In this document: in pieces, positions 1 through 8,011 of the stretch
How positions within the stretch are numbered: position 1 is the first letter of the stretch
How the letters are laid out: every line of letters begins with the position of its first letter
From: an uncultured Bacillota bacterium
Lineage (GTDB): Bacteria; Bacillota; Clostridia; Caldicoprobacterales; Xylanivirgaceae
DNA length: 32,000 nucleotides
Assembly (NCBI GenBank): GCA_938003945.1
Contig: CALKWW010000024.1
Coordinates: forward strand, 68,796-100,795
Reading direction: 5' to 3'
Notes under the pieces: generated by a model
Told to the model about the DNA's origin: nothing
The model's database searches: none
The model's input: only the letters and a program-made list of their open reading frames with translations
Position numbers and translations under genes: made by a program

Positions 1-158
1 TTTATATTCTTTATAATAGAGACATCAGTTGTGAAGGCTAGGGAGCGTATGACTTTGCCAAATATCCTTATACCAGTTGCTTGCTCTATACATTCGGGTA
101 CTTCAATCAAATGGCGTCTCAGATTACCTCTTATATCGGGAATATTGTTGTTATGCAT
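1..158 (-). CDS. hypothetical protein, N-terminal fragment (gene runs off the window start)
   Basis: Absent from the ORF track because it is open-ended. The minus strand reads AAGGAG-N8-ATG (ATG = complement of 156-158), then MHNNNIPDIRGNLRRHLIEVPECIEQATGIRIFGKVIRSLAFTTDVSIIKNI with no stop down to position 1. Family not recognised. Confidence 0.5.
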   Translation of the reverse strand, partial: MHNNNIPDIRGNLRRHLIEVPECIEQATGIRIFGKVIRSLAFTTDVSIIKNI

Positions 159-284
159 TAGTACATCTCCTTTCGTGTAAATTTACTATATTGTACCACA
201 GATCTCAATAATATAAAATATAAAGTAAAGCAAAAAAGATAGTGAGCTATTGTTTATGGAGAACCGAGCCAAAAAAGGGGAAGG

Positions 285-440
285 GTGGATACCTTACTTA
301 TAGGACATCTACTATTATGAAAACGGGTAATATGAATAGAGTTAACGTGGATACCTTACTTATGGGGCATATACCCTAGATAAGAATCCATCGAAGGCGT
401 TATGTATAAAATGTGAATGGCCTACTTATAAGACATCTAC
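285..440. repeat. three imperfect 28-nt direct repeats with 34- and 38-nt unrelated spacers (CRISPR-like geometry; possibly a degenerate orphan mini-array or a regulatory repeat)
   Basis: R1 285-312 GTGGATACCTTACTTATAGGACATCTAC. R2 347-374 GTGGATACCTTACTTATGGGGCATATAC (25/28 identical to R1). R3 413-440 GTGAATGGCCTACTTATAAGACATCTAC (23/28 identical to R1). Periods are 62 and 66 nt, and the spacers show no similarity to each other. Confidence 0.6.
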
Positions 441-455
441 CCTTTAGCATATGGA

Positions 456-593
456 TTATCTATAATCCCTTAGCATGAAAATATTTGTCGGATGGGCTCT
501 ATTGCCCATTAGAGTTATTATAACAATAATTATGGCAATAATTAATATGACTATCCATACCATAGATTTTTTATTGAAAAAGAAGACTTTCAT
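456..593 (-). CDS. possible 45-aa small membrane protein
   Basis: Below the ORF-track size cutoff. Minus strand: GGGGGTGGGAGGA then ATG (complement of 591-593), giving MKVFFFNKKSMVWIVILIIAIIIVIITLMGNRAHPTNIFMLRDYR and a stop (TAA = complement of 456-458). It has one strongly hydrophobic helix flanked by basic residues. The SD core sits very close to the ATG. Confidence 0.35.
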   Translation of the reverse strand: MKVFFFNKKSMVWIVILIIAIIIVIITLMGNRAHPTNIFMLRDYR

Positions 594-701
594 TCCTCCC
601 ACCCCCTATTATAAGAAATATGCAGAGGGATGAACATTTAGTAATTAATATTTGTTTAAAAAACTTTAACCTGGAATTTTCAAGTGTAAGACTTAAAAAG
701 T

Positions 702-730
702 TTGTGCTTAGATTTTAACTGTGATATAAT
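702..730 (+). promoter_or_regulatory. putative sigma-A promoter for the flavin-reductase-like gene
   Basis: TTGTGC (702-707), 17-nt spacer, then TGaTATAAT, an extended -10 with TATAAT at 725-730. It lies about 80 nt upstream of the GGAGGA RBS and the ATG at 812. Confidence 0.4.
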
Positions 731-811
731 TATAGCTAGAATATATGGAACTAAAGGTTAAAAGTGGTTTATATTAAACTTATGTTATACAAATTTAGGA
801 GGATTTAATCT

Positions 812-1318
812 ATGTTAAAAGATGTGCCTTACAATCAATTTATACAAGAAGTGAATAGAAAGTTGACTTCGGGGGGAATTTTTTTAAACACAGCAGAAGA
901 AAAGGCAAATACGATGGTTATAGGATGGGGAGGTATAAACGTATTTTGGGGTAAGCCAGTATTTATAGTTCCAGTACGCAAGTCACGATTTACTCATAGA
1001 TTGCTTGAGGATTCAGGAGAATTTACTGTGAGTGTGCCACTAGATTCAGATGGGGATCTCAAATCTGTTCTTGCCTTTTGTGGTTCAAAGTCTGGGAAGG
1101 ATTATGATAAATTTGAGGAATGTGGTATCACACCTGCTCCGGCTAAAATAGTGAACACTCCCATAGTAGGTGAATGCTCCCTTCACTATGAATGCAAAGT
1201 GGTCTACAAACAAGATCTCATACCAGAAAATTTAAATAAGGGCATAAACGAGAAGTGGTATCCTGATTATCATACCTTATATTTTGGTGAGATATTGGCA
1301 TGTTATATTAAGGAATAG
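812..1318 (+). CDS. flavin reductase-like / FMN-binding split-barrel domain protein
   Basis: 168-aa ORF with a GGAGGA RBS 8 nt upstream. The pattern NTMVIGWGG...FIVPVRKSRFTHRLLEDSGEFTVSVP is typical of the flavin reductase-like domain family. Confidence 0.75.
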   Translation: MLKDVPYNQFIQEVNRKLTSGGIFLNTAEEKANTMVIGWGGINVFWGKPVFIVPVRKSRFTHRLLEDSGEFTVSVPLDSDGDLKSVLAFCGSKSGKDYDKFEECGITPAPAKIVNTPIVGECSLHYECKVVYKQDLIPENLNKGINEKWYPDYHTLYFGEILACYIKE

Positions 1319-1343
1319 GGGTTAGTTGTTATTTTGCTCTAGT

Positions 1344-2633
1344 TTAATCTACATCACTTAACTGATTGAGTGTATTAAAGAAGCCAGGAAAGGATATATC
1401 TATCCACTGGCTATTTTTTATGGTGGTTTGTCCTTTTGCTATGAGTCCCCCTATGGTTGCCATCATGGCTATTCGGTGATCTTTAGCACAGTCAACTGTA
1501 TTTCCGTATAGGGGAGTAGGCCCTGTAATTATCATCCCATCAGCTCTAGCCTCTATATTTGCTCCAAACTTTGATAGTGTATCTACGGTGGATAGTATTC
1601 TATTGGACTCTTTGACAGTGAGCTCCCCTGCATCTTTGATTATGGTAGTACCTGAGGCCTGGGTTGCCGCTAGGGCTATTATAGGGATCTCGTCTATGAG
1701 TCGAGGGATAATCTCTCCTTGGATTGTTGTGGCATTTAATTTAGAAGTTACCACCTTAATATCCCCCCTCAGTTCACCGGTTTTTTCTTTTATATTTTTT
1801 ACATCAATTTTTCCACCCATGTCTCTATATATATCTAATATTCCTGAACGGGTGTTGTTGAGTCCAATATCCCTTATTAAAACTGTGGAGTTGGGAACTA
1901 AAAGTCCAGCAGTTATCATAAAGGCGGCAGAAGAAATATCTCCTGGGATATACATATCTTGTGCATATAAGGTAGGTTCAGGCTTTATATGGATATTTTT
2001 ATCTACTATATCTATAGTTGCCCCCATGGCATTTAGCATTATTTCAGTATGATTACGGCTTTTTGTATTCTCCCTTATTACAGAAGGCGACGAAGCATAT
2101 AGGGAGGCAAGGAGTATGGCAGACTTTACTTGGGCGCTGGCTATGGGCAAGGTATAGTCTATGCCTTGTAGGTGGACAGGTTCTATATATATGGGAAGAT
2201 AACTTCCACCATATTTGGCATGGATGTTTGCTCCCATATGGGATAAGGGTATTATTACTCTATCCATGGGACGGCGCCGGAGGTGGCTATCTCCTGTTAT
2301 GCTACTAGGGAAAGACTGCCCTGCTAACAGTCCAACCAAAAGTCTTGCCGTTGTGCCAGAATTTCCTGCATGAATTGGAAAGGAGGGTTTAGTCAATCCA
2401 TTTAGCCCCACACCCTCAATTATAATTCTTCTATTGTATTTGTCTAAATCTATAATAGCCCCCATGGATTTTAATGCTTCTATGGTGTTTAGACAGTCCT
2501 TACCTATGGGAAAGTTTTCAATTATGGCTCTTCCTTCTCCTATTGAGTTTAATATAACGGCCCTATGGGCTATGGATTTATCTCCTGGGACTCTTATTTC
2601 TCCATTTAGGCTATCTACAGGATTTATAGTCAT
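1344..2633 (-). CDS. aroA: 3-phosphoshikimate 1-carboxyvinyltransferase (EPSP synthase), class II-like
   Basis: 429 aa. Motifs seen: LNGEIRVPGDKSIAHRA, GNSGTTARLL, RRRPMDRV, DHRIAM. The GNSGTT/RPM-type motifs resemble Gram-positive class II enzymes. The gene starts 29 nt after aroB, so the two are probably one operon. Confidence 0.95.
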   Translation of the reverse strand: MTINPVDSLNGEIRVPGDKSIAHRAVILNSIGEGRAIIENFPIGKDCLNTIEALKSMGAIIDLDKYNRRIIIEGVGLNGLTKPSFPIHAGNSGTTARLLVGLLAGQSFPSSITGDSHLRRRPMDRVIIPLSHMGANIHAKYGGSYLPIYIEPVHLQGIDYTLPIASAQVKSAILLASLYASSPSVIRENTKSRNHTEIMLNAMGATIDIVDKNIHIKPEPTLYAQDMYIPGDISSAAFMITAGLLVPNSTVLIRDIGLNNTRSGILDIYRDMGGKIDVKNIKEKTGELRGDIKVVTSKLNATTIQGEIIPRLIDEIPIIALAATQASGTTIIKDAGELTVKESNRILSTVDTLSKFGANIEARADGMIITGPTPLYGNTVDCAKDHRIAMMATIGGLIAKGQTTIKNSQWIDISFPGFFNTLNQLSDVD

Positions 2634-2662
2634 ATCTATTTAAGCAAACCTCCTTCTCATAC

Positions 2663-3739
2663 TTAATTTGATAATACCTCATAGAGGAGGTTATTATCAA
2701 TATCGGTAAATGTATCCACTGTGCCGGCGCCGGTGGGTAGGACGAATACTATGGTATCTCCATGATTTTTTTTATCTAATGCCATCTTATCTATGATCAG
2801 GTTACTATCTATTTCCTTGAGTTTGGTGGGGAGTGAGCATCTTTTAAGGAGTTTAATGAGTTGTTCTACATATTTTAACTCAATGAGCCCTAAACAATGT
2901 GCAAGTTTTGCTTCATACACCATGCCTAGCGCAACTCCTTCGCCATGGGTATAGTGCTTATAATCTGTTGCAGCTTCTATGGCATGACCTATTGTATGGC
3001 CAAAGTTTAATATGACCCTTATGTCCTCTTCTGTCTCGTCTGCCTCCACTATACGTGATTTTATTTCACATGATTTATGTATTGCATGCATAAGCGTATC
3101 AGTGTTAAGCGCTAATATACTCTCTATATTTTCTTCTATCCAGTTAAAAAACTCAAAGCTCCAAATACAGCCGTATTTTATGAGTTCAGCCATCCCTCCT
3201 GCAAATTCTCGCCTAGGTAATGAATTCAATGTATCCACATTTATATATACCATATGTGGTTGGTAGAATGAGCCTATTATATTCTTAGCAGCTGGATGAT
3301 TGACAGCTACCTTACCTCCAATGCTACTATCTATCTGGGCGAGTAAGGTGGTGGGAATCTGTATGAGCCCTATTCCTCGCATATAAGTGGCAGCTATAAA
3401 CCCAGAGATGTCCCCAACCACTCCTCCACCTAATGCGATTATTGAGGACTGTCTATTTAGATGTGCATCTAGTGCTGCAGTATAGAGATATTGAGCCCAT
3501 TGCAAGCTTTTAGAATTTTCACCAGGGGGAATTATCACAACACTGTGCTCATATCCATGTCTAGTGAGTATATCATCTAATGTGGGATAATATAGTGGAT
3601 ATACATTTTCATCACATATTACAAGGAGTTTTTTTGCTCTGACATGGTCATTTAAGATTGTAGCAAAGGGTTGCCAATCCTTCCTTGTAATATATATGTA
3701 GTATGGGCGACTGCCAGTGTTTACATAAATTTTTTCCAT
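2663..3739 (-). CDS. aroB: 3-dehydroquinate synthase
   Basis: 358 aa. Motifs seen: GGGVVGDISGFIAATYMRGI, the glycine-rich GGKVAVN and NFGHTIGHAIE. RBS AGAGGGAG lies 7 nt upstream of the ATG. Confidence 0.95.
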   Translation of the reverse strand: MEKIYVNTGSRPYYIYITRKDWQPFATILNDHVRAKKLLVICDENVYPLYYPTLDDILTRHGYEHSVVIIPPGENSKSLQWAQYLYTAALDAHLNRQSSIIALGGGVVGDISGFIAATYMRGIGLIQIPTTLLAQIDSSIGGKVAVNHPAAKNIIGSFYQPHMVYINVDTLNSLPRREFAGGMAELIKYGCIWSFEFFNWIEENIESILALNTDTLMHAIHKSCEIKSRIVEADETEEDIRVILNFGHTIGHAIEAATDYKHYTHGEGVALGMVYEAKLAHCLGLIELKYVEQLIKLLKRCSLPTKLKEIDSNLIIDKMALDKKNHGDTIVFVLPTGAGTVDTFTDIDNNLLYEVLSN

Positions 3740-3964
3740 AATCCTACTCCCTCTTGAAACTAACTAAATTACAAGTAATATTGTTTTTGGTTCATAAGGT
3801 TTGATTTTTAGTCTTACCGAGTATGACCAATGACTTAAGCATATTTTATATATGGATACATATATTGTCAACAATATTTTACTATCATGACAGAAGTTTA
3901 TATAAAATAGTAGACGAACCTTTGGGATTATAATCCTGAAACCAAAGTTTGGTAAAAAAACGAA

Positions 3965-3994
3965 TTGACAGTGATAAGCGTTGAATGATAAAAT
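3965..3994 (+). promoter_or_regulatory. putative sigma-A promoter for the EF-G paralogue
   Basis: TTGACA (3965-3970), 18-nt spacer, then TGaTAAAAT, an extended -10 with TAAAAT at 3989-3994. Confidence 0.45.
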
Positions 3995-4070
3995 AAACAT
4001 TAGTTATAGTTATATGCAGCTCTATATAGACAACTACAAATTATTAGGTAATGCACTACATTCATATCAA

Positions 4071-4098
4071 AGCGACAAGTAGCATCCCACTTGTCGCT
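4071..4098 (+). promoter_or_regulatory. perfect 10-bp stem-loop in the 5' leader of the EF-G paralogue
   Basis: AGCGACAAGT (4071-4080), loop AGCATCCC, ACTTGTCGCT (4089-4098). No U-run follows. The hairpin ends about 15 nt before the AGGGGGA RBS. Confidence 0.5.
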
Positions 4099-4126
4099 AG
4101 AACACAATAAACTAGGGGGAATGTGC

Positions 4127-6202
4127 ATGAGTAAATTAAATGTAAACTGTATCCGCAATATAGCAGTAATTGGGCATGGTAGTGAGGGGAAGACAACCCT
4201 GACCGAGGCAATGCTATTTAATGCGGGTGTTACAGACAGATTAGGCCGCGTTGAGGATGGTACTACTACCACCGATTATGATCCTGAGGAGATTAAAAGG
4301 CAAATATCCATAAGTGCAGCACTTGCACCCCTTAATTGGAATAGCCATAAAATAAATGTGCTAGATGTGCCTGGCTATTTTGACTTTGTAGGTGAAGTTA
4401 TACAGACGCTTGCAGTGGCGGATGGAGCAGTAATTGTTGTTGGTGCTGCTTCAGGTGTTGCAGTTGGTACCGAAAAGGCATGGGAATATTGTGACACATA
4501 TAATATTCCAAGGCTAATATTCATAAATCAGATGGATAGGGAACATGTGAATTTCATGAAGGTTTTAGAGCAGCTAAAGGCTAAATATGGTCCTGTCATT
4601 GCGCCTTTCCAGGTCCCCATAATGGATGGCGATACATTTAAAGGTTATGTGGATATAATAGATATGGTGGGCAAGGAATTTACTGATAAAGGTGAGAAAG
4701 ATATCCCCATACCCGATGATATGATGGATATGATAGAACCGATGAGAACTATGTTAGTAGAAGCTGTGGCTGAAACTAGTGAAGAGCTTATGGAGAAATA
4801 CTTCGAAGGTGAAGAATTTACATCTGATGAGATTCATAATGCACTTAGACAAGGCGTAGTAGAGGGCGAAATAGTTCCAGTCTTATGTGGCTCAGCGGTA
4901 AACAACTTAGCTATTACACCACTTCTAGATATAATGGTAGCCTATATGCCAAGTCCGGCTGAGAGGGTAGCTACTAAAGGACTTAACCTAGATACTGAAG
5001 AAGAGGAAGAGAGAAAAGCAGATCCCAAAGAGCCATTTTCTGCATTTGTGTTCAAAACAGTTATCGATCCATTCGTAGGAAAATTATCTCTATTCAAAGT
5101 TAAATCAGGTATACTTACAGCTGATACAGAACTATACAATTCAAACAAAGATAGCTCAGAAAAGATCAATTCTATATATGTCTTAAGAGGTAAAAAACAG
5201 ATACAAGTTGATGAACTTACAACAGGTGATATAGGTGCTATTGCCAAGTTACAGGTTACAGAGACAGGAGATACACTGTGTGAAAGAGGAGCTCCCATAA
5301 AGTTTTCCCAGTTTGAATTTCCTGAACCTGCAATATCCCTAGCTATTGAAGCAGAAATACAGGGAGAAGAGGACAAGGTCATGACGGGACTCAATCGATT
5401 GGCAGAGGAAGATCCCACATTCTATGTCATACAAGATTCAGAGATGTCCCAGACCTTAGTGGCAGGTGTAGGAGAATTGCACCTTGAAGTAATTGCAAGC
5501 AAATTAAAATCTAAATTTGGTTCAGGAATAATATTCAAAGAGCCCAAAATCCCATATCGTGAAACTATACGTAAACCTGTCGATGCAGAGGGAAAACATA
5601 AAAAACAGACAGGTGGGCATGGACAATACGGTCATGTATGGATTGATTTCGAGCCAATAGGCGATGTAAGTGTGCCTTTTGAGTTTGTAGATAAAATAGT
5701 AGGAGGAGTTGTACCTAGGCAGTATATTCCTGCAGTTGAAAAGGGACTCCAAGAATGCCTGCAAAAAGGTGTTCTTGCAGGTTACCCGATGGTTGGTATT
5801 AGGGCGACTTTACATGATGGTTCATATCATAGTGTTGACTCTTCGGAGATGGCATTTAAAATGGCTGCAGCTTTGGCATATAGAAAGCTCGCAGAAGGGA
5901 ACCCCGTATTATTAGAACCTATAATGAAGGCAGAAGTAGTAGTTCCCGATGAATATATGGGGGATATAATTGGAGATCTAAATAGGAGAAGGGGACGTAT
6001 ATTAGGGATGACGCCCTTAAAGGGTGGTTTACAAAAGGTAGAAGCTGAAGTTCCTCAAGCCGAGATGACACGATATGCAACGGATCTTCGTTCAATGACA
6101 CAGGCAAGGGGAGAGTTTAAACTTTCATTTGCACGCTATGAAGAAGTGCCAGGGAATATAAGTAGTAAGATAATTGCAGAGGCGAAGAGTGAAGAAGAAT
6201 AA
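4127..6202 (+). CDS. elongation factor G paralogue (EF-G-II-like translational GTPase)
   Basis: The track ORF begins at a TTG at 4091, but AGGGGGA sits just before the ATGs at 4121 and 4127, so I prefer ATG 4127 (MSKLNVNCIRNIAVIGHGSEGKTT). EF-G domain order is present, with the domain IV tip KKQTGGHGQYGHV and a C-terminal domain V. The G motifs are divergent (see findings). Confidence 0.9.
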   Translation: MSKLNVNCIRNIAVIGHGSEGKTTLTEAMLFNAGVTDRLGRVEDGTTTTDYDPEEIKRQISISAALAPLNWNSHKINVLDVPGYFDFVGEVIQTLAVADGAVIVVGAASGVAVGTEKAWEYCDTYNIPRLIFINQMDREHVNFMKVLEQLKAKYGPVIAPFQVPIMDGDTFKGYVDIIDMVGKEFTDKGEKDIPIPDDMMDMIEPMRTMLVEAVAETSEELMEKYFEGEEFTSDEIHNALRQGVVEGEIVPVLCGSAVNNLAITPLLDIMVAYMPSPAERVATKGLNLDTEEEEERKADPKEPFSAFVFKTVIDPFVGKLSLFKVKSGILTADTELYNSNKDSSEKINSIYVLRGKKQIQVDELTTGDIGAIAKLQVTETGDTLCERGAPIKFSQFEFPEPAISLAIEAEIQGEEDKVMTGLNRLAEEDPTFYVIQDSEMSQTLVAGVGELHLEVIASKLKSKFGSGIIFKEPKIPYRETIRKPVDAEGKHKKQTGGHGQYGHVWIDFEPIGDVSVPFEFVDKIVGGVVPRQYIPAVEKGLQECLQKGVLAGYPMVGIRATLHDGSYHSVDSSEMAFKMAAALAYRKLAEGNPVLLEPIMKAEVVVPDEYMGDIIGDLNRRRGRILGMTPLKGGLQKVEAEVPQAEMTRYATDLRSMTQARGEFKLSFARYEEVPGNISSKIIAEAKSEEE

Positions 6203-6230
6203 AAAAAGACCGGAAACCCGGTCTTTTTTT
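6201..6230. terminator. bidirectional intrinsic terminator shared by the EF-G paralogue and eda
   Basis: AAAAAAA-GACCGG-AAAC-CCGGTC-TTTTTTT. The A-run and T-run flank the stem, so it can work on both strands. The T-run overlaps the eda stop codon. Confidence 0.85.
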
Positions 6231-6879
6231 ATTCTAAGTGGCGAGCTTCGTCTATGCGTCTTATGAATTCAATGGCAGCATTGGTAATGCTATCATAATC
6301 GCCTGTCTTAGCTCCACCTGTTAAACTGCCACCTGCACCTACAGCTACAGCGCCTGCTCTTATCCAGTCTCCCACGTTATCTATATTTACCCCACCTGTA
6401 GGCATTAAGTTTGCTTGCGGAATAGGCCCGTTTATTGCCTTTATTATATTAGGGCCAAAAGCATCACCGGGGAATATTTTTAGTATATCGGCACCATATT
6501 CCATGGCCTCTATAACTCCATCTATAGTCATGATTCCAGGCATACATGGTATTTGATAACGGTTACATAGTTTGAGTGTATCTATATCTAAGTAAGGGCA
6601 AACTATATATTGGGCTCCAGAGAGTATGGCAATACGTGCAGTTTCTGCATCTAGAACTGTACCTGCACCTATTATCATCTCATCAGGGCTATACATTTTT
6701 GCTAGCTCTTCTATGACTTTACTGGCGCCAGGGACAGTATATGTAATCTCAATGGCAGCGGCGCCACCTTTTAGGCAGGCATCTGTAATTTTTTTAGCTT
6801 CATCTGCACTTTTTGCTCTGATTACTGCAACAAGTCCTGAGTCAGTTATCCTTTGGAGTACATTCCATTTATTATTCAA
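6229..6879 (-). CDS. eda: 2-dehydro-3-deoxyphosphogluconate / 4-hydroxy-2-oxoglutarate aldolase
   Basis: Motifs seen: VAVIRA...GGAAAIEITYTVPGA...GAGTV...ILKIFPG (Schiff-base Lys context)...PTGGV. The track start (ATG 6900) has no SD. An in-frame TTG at 6879 is preceded by AGGGAGGTGA with 5-nt spacing, so I chose that start. The alternative end is 6900. Confidence 0.85.
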   Translation of the reverse strand: MNNKWNVLQRITDSGLVAVIRAKSADEAKKITDACLKGGAAAIEITYTVPGASKVIEELAKMYSPDEMIIGAGTVLDAETARIAILSGAQYIVCPYLDIDTLKLCNRYQIPCMPGIMTIDGVIEAMEYGADILKIFPGDAFGPNIIKAINGPIPQANLMPTGGVNIDNVGDWIRAGAVAVGAGGSLTGGAKTGDYDSITNAAIEFIRRIDEARHLE

Positions 6880-7273
6880 GGAAATCACCTCCCTATACAT
6901 TATATATTATACATATTAAGTTGGCTATAATTATTTAAGGGCTTTCTATATCCTAGGTTCTAAAGTTAAATCATGGGTTTTTAGAAATATTCTATACAGG
7001 TGTTTTGCTAAACAATCCTATCTTTTATATTATGGATGTGGACTGAAATAGTAGGAACAAGCATATATCAATCCACTAATATGTAATAATTATCCATGTC
7101 GGTTAGGATATGCATAATTTTGGTATGCATTAGGAATATTGCGAACATGTTACAGATAGTTAACGTTTTAGTAATAACTATGTAATATAAATAGAGTGTC
7201 GCGGTTTTGACGTTTGCTCTCTTCCTCCTATATTCATATAATTATGACAACATAATCAAAAGGAGAGAGGGCG

Positions 7274-7966
7274 ATGAACTTTAAATTACACAAGAAGTTT
7301 ATAGCAATATTCATGCTAGCAATACTTATATTAATTCCCATTGGACAGGCACATGCCGCCTATCCGGTATTGAGAGTGGGAAGTAGGGGACAGGAGGTGT
7401 CAAATCTTCAGAGTGCGTTAAAGAATAGTGGTTATTTTCAATTTCCTAGGATAACAGGTTATTATGGATATATAACGCAGGATGCAGTTATACGCTTCCA
7501 GCGAGATAATAGATTGGCAGTAGACGGGATAGCAGGCCCCAATACATTTAGAGCGCTCTACGGTTCAACCTCAAGTAGGGGAGGTATAGTTGATAGGACT
7601 AGTGGAGATACCTATTGGCTTGCCAGGATAATTCATGCTGAGGCAGTTGGTGAGCCATATGGGGGGAAAGTAGCAGTAGGTAGCGTAATATTAAACAGAG
7701 TGAGATCATCTGAGTTTCCAAATAGTATATACAATGTAATATTTGAATATTATAGGGGTATACCTCAATTCAGCCCTGTTGCAGATGGTAGCATATATAA
7801 TACACCAAGTAGTGAGTGTATAAGGGCTGCCCAGGATGCATTAAATGGTGTAAAACCTGTAGGGAATGCTACTTATTTTTTCAATCCCAGTAAAGCTGCA
7901 GGTACGTGGATTGTTAGAAACAAACAATATGTGAGCATGATAGGACAGCATGTCTTCTACAAATAG
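7274..7966 (+). CDS. secreted SleB/CwlJ-family cell-wall (spore cortex-lytic type) hydrolase with an N-terminal peptidoglycan-binding domain
   Basis: Signal peptide MNFKLHKKFIAIFMLAILILIPIGQAHA. PG_binding_1-like LRVGSRGQEVSNLQSALK...DGIAGPNT. Hydrolase_2-like ARIIHAEAVGEPYGGKVAVGSVILNRV...PQFSPV. RBS AAAGGAGAGAGG. Confidence 0.85.
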   Translation: MNFKLHKKFIAIFMLAILILIPIGQAHAAYPVLRVGSRGQEVSNLQSALKNSGYFQFPRITGYYGYITQDAVIRFQRDNRLAVDGIAGPNTFRALYGSTSSRGGIVDRTSGDTYWLARIIHAEAVGEPYGGKVAVGSVILNRVRSSEFPNSIYNVIFEYYRGIPQFSPVADGSIYNTPSSECIRAAQDALNGVKPVGNATYFFNPSKAAGTWIVRNKQYVSMIGQHVFYK

Positions 7967-7973
7967 AACATGA

Positions 7974-8011
7974 CTATAGGGGAATTAGATATGTTCCCCT
8001 ATAGTTTTTTT
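7974..8011 (+). terminator. intrinsic terminator of the SleB-like gene
   Basis: CTATAGGGGAA (7974-7984), 9-nt loop, TTCCCCTATAG (7994-8004), then T7 (8005-8011). The 3' arm and T-run overlap the last codons of the convergent GNAT gene. Confidence 0.8.

Noticed and set aside
1588-2052. 154-aa + strand ORF (also 2018..2308 and 2434..2643) inside aroA
   Set aside because: These are antisense shadow ORFs within a confidently identified aroA. They have no SD, and their low-complexity S/I/P-rich translations are typical of the reverse frame of a real gene.
4091-4126. TTG-initiated N-terminal extension of the EF-G ORF (MSLEHNKLGGMC)
   Set aside because: The TTG lies inside the 3' arm of the leader hairpin and has no SD. 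The strong AGGGGGA SD precedes the ATGs at 4121/4127, and the G1 motif follows shortly after, as in other EF-G proteins.
3764-4272. Two minus-strand ORFs (78 and 90 aa) spanning the aroB/EF-G intergenic region
   Set aside because: They run through the predicted promoter and leader and into the EF-G coding start. There is no SD, and the composition is AT-rich-derived (F/I/L/Y). They are most likely spurious.
4942-5418. 158-aa minus-strand ORF (plus 5522..5764 and 5919..6107) inside the EF-G paralogue
   Set aside because: Shadow ORFs antisense to a gene with clear EF-G homology. Serine-rich nonsense translation and no RBS.
6880-6900. ATG at 6900 as the eda start (track annotation)
   Set aside because: There is no SD upstream of it. 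The sequence it would translate (AGGGAGGTGA) is itself an excellent SD for the in-frame TTG at 6879. It remains a possible alternative.
7156-7181. Inverted repeat ATAGTTA-N12-TAACTAT, resembling a BirA operator half-site (TGTTAAC-like)
   Set aside because: The arms are only 7 bp and AT-rich, and the match to the BirA operator is from memory and imperfect. The site lies upstream of a hydrolase gene rather than a biotin gene. It is likely chance.
6901-7273. Possible riboswitch (for example the c-di-AMP/ydaO type often found ahead of cell-wall hydrolases) or a sporulation sigma promoter upstream of the SleB-like gene
   Set aside because: I found none of the G-rich conserved cores expected for that riboswitch. 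The candidate -10 CATATAA only partly matches sigma-G/K consensus and lacks a matching -35. This is not supportable by eye.
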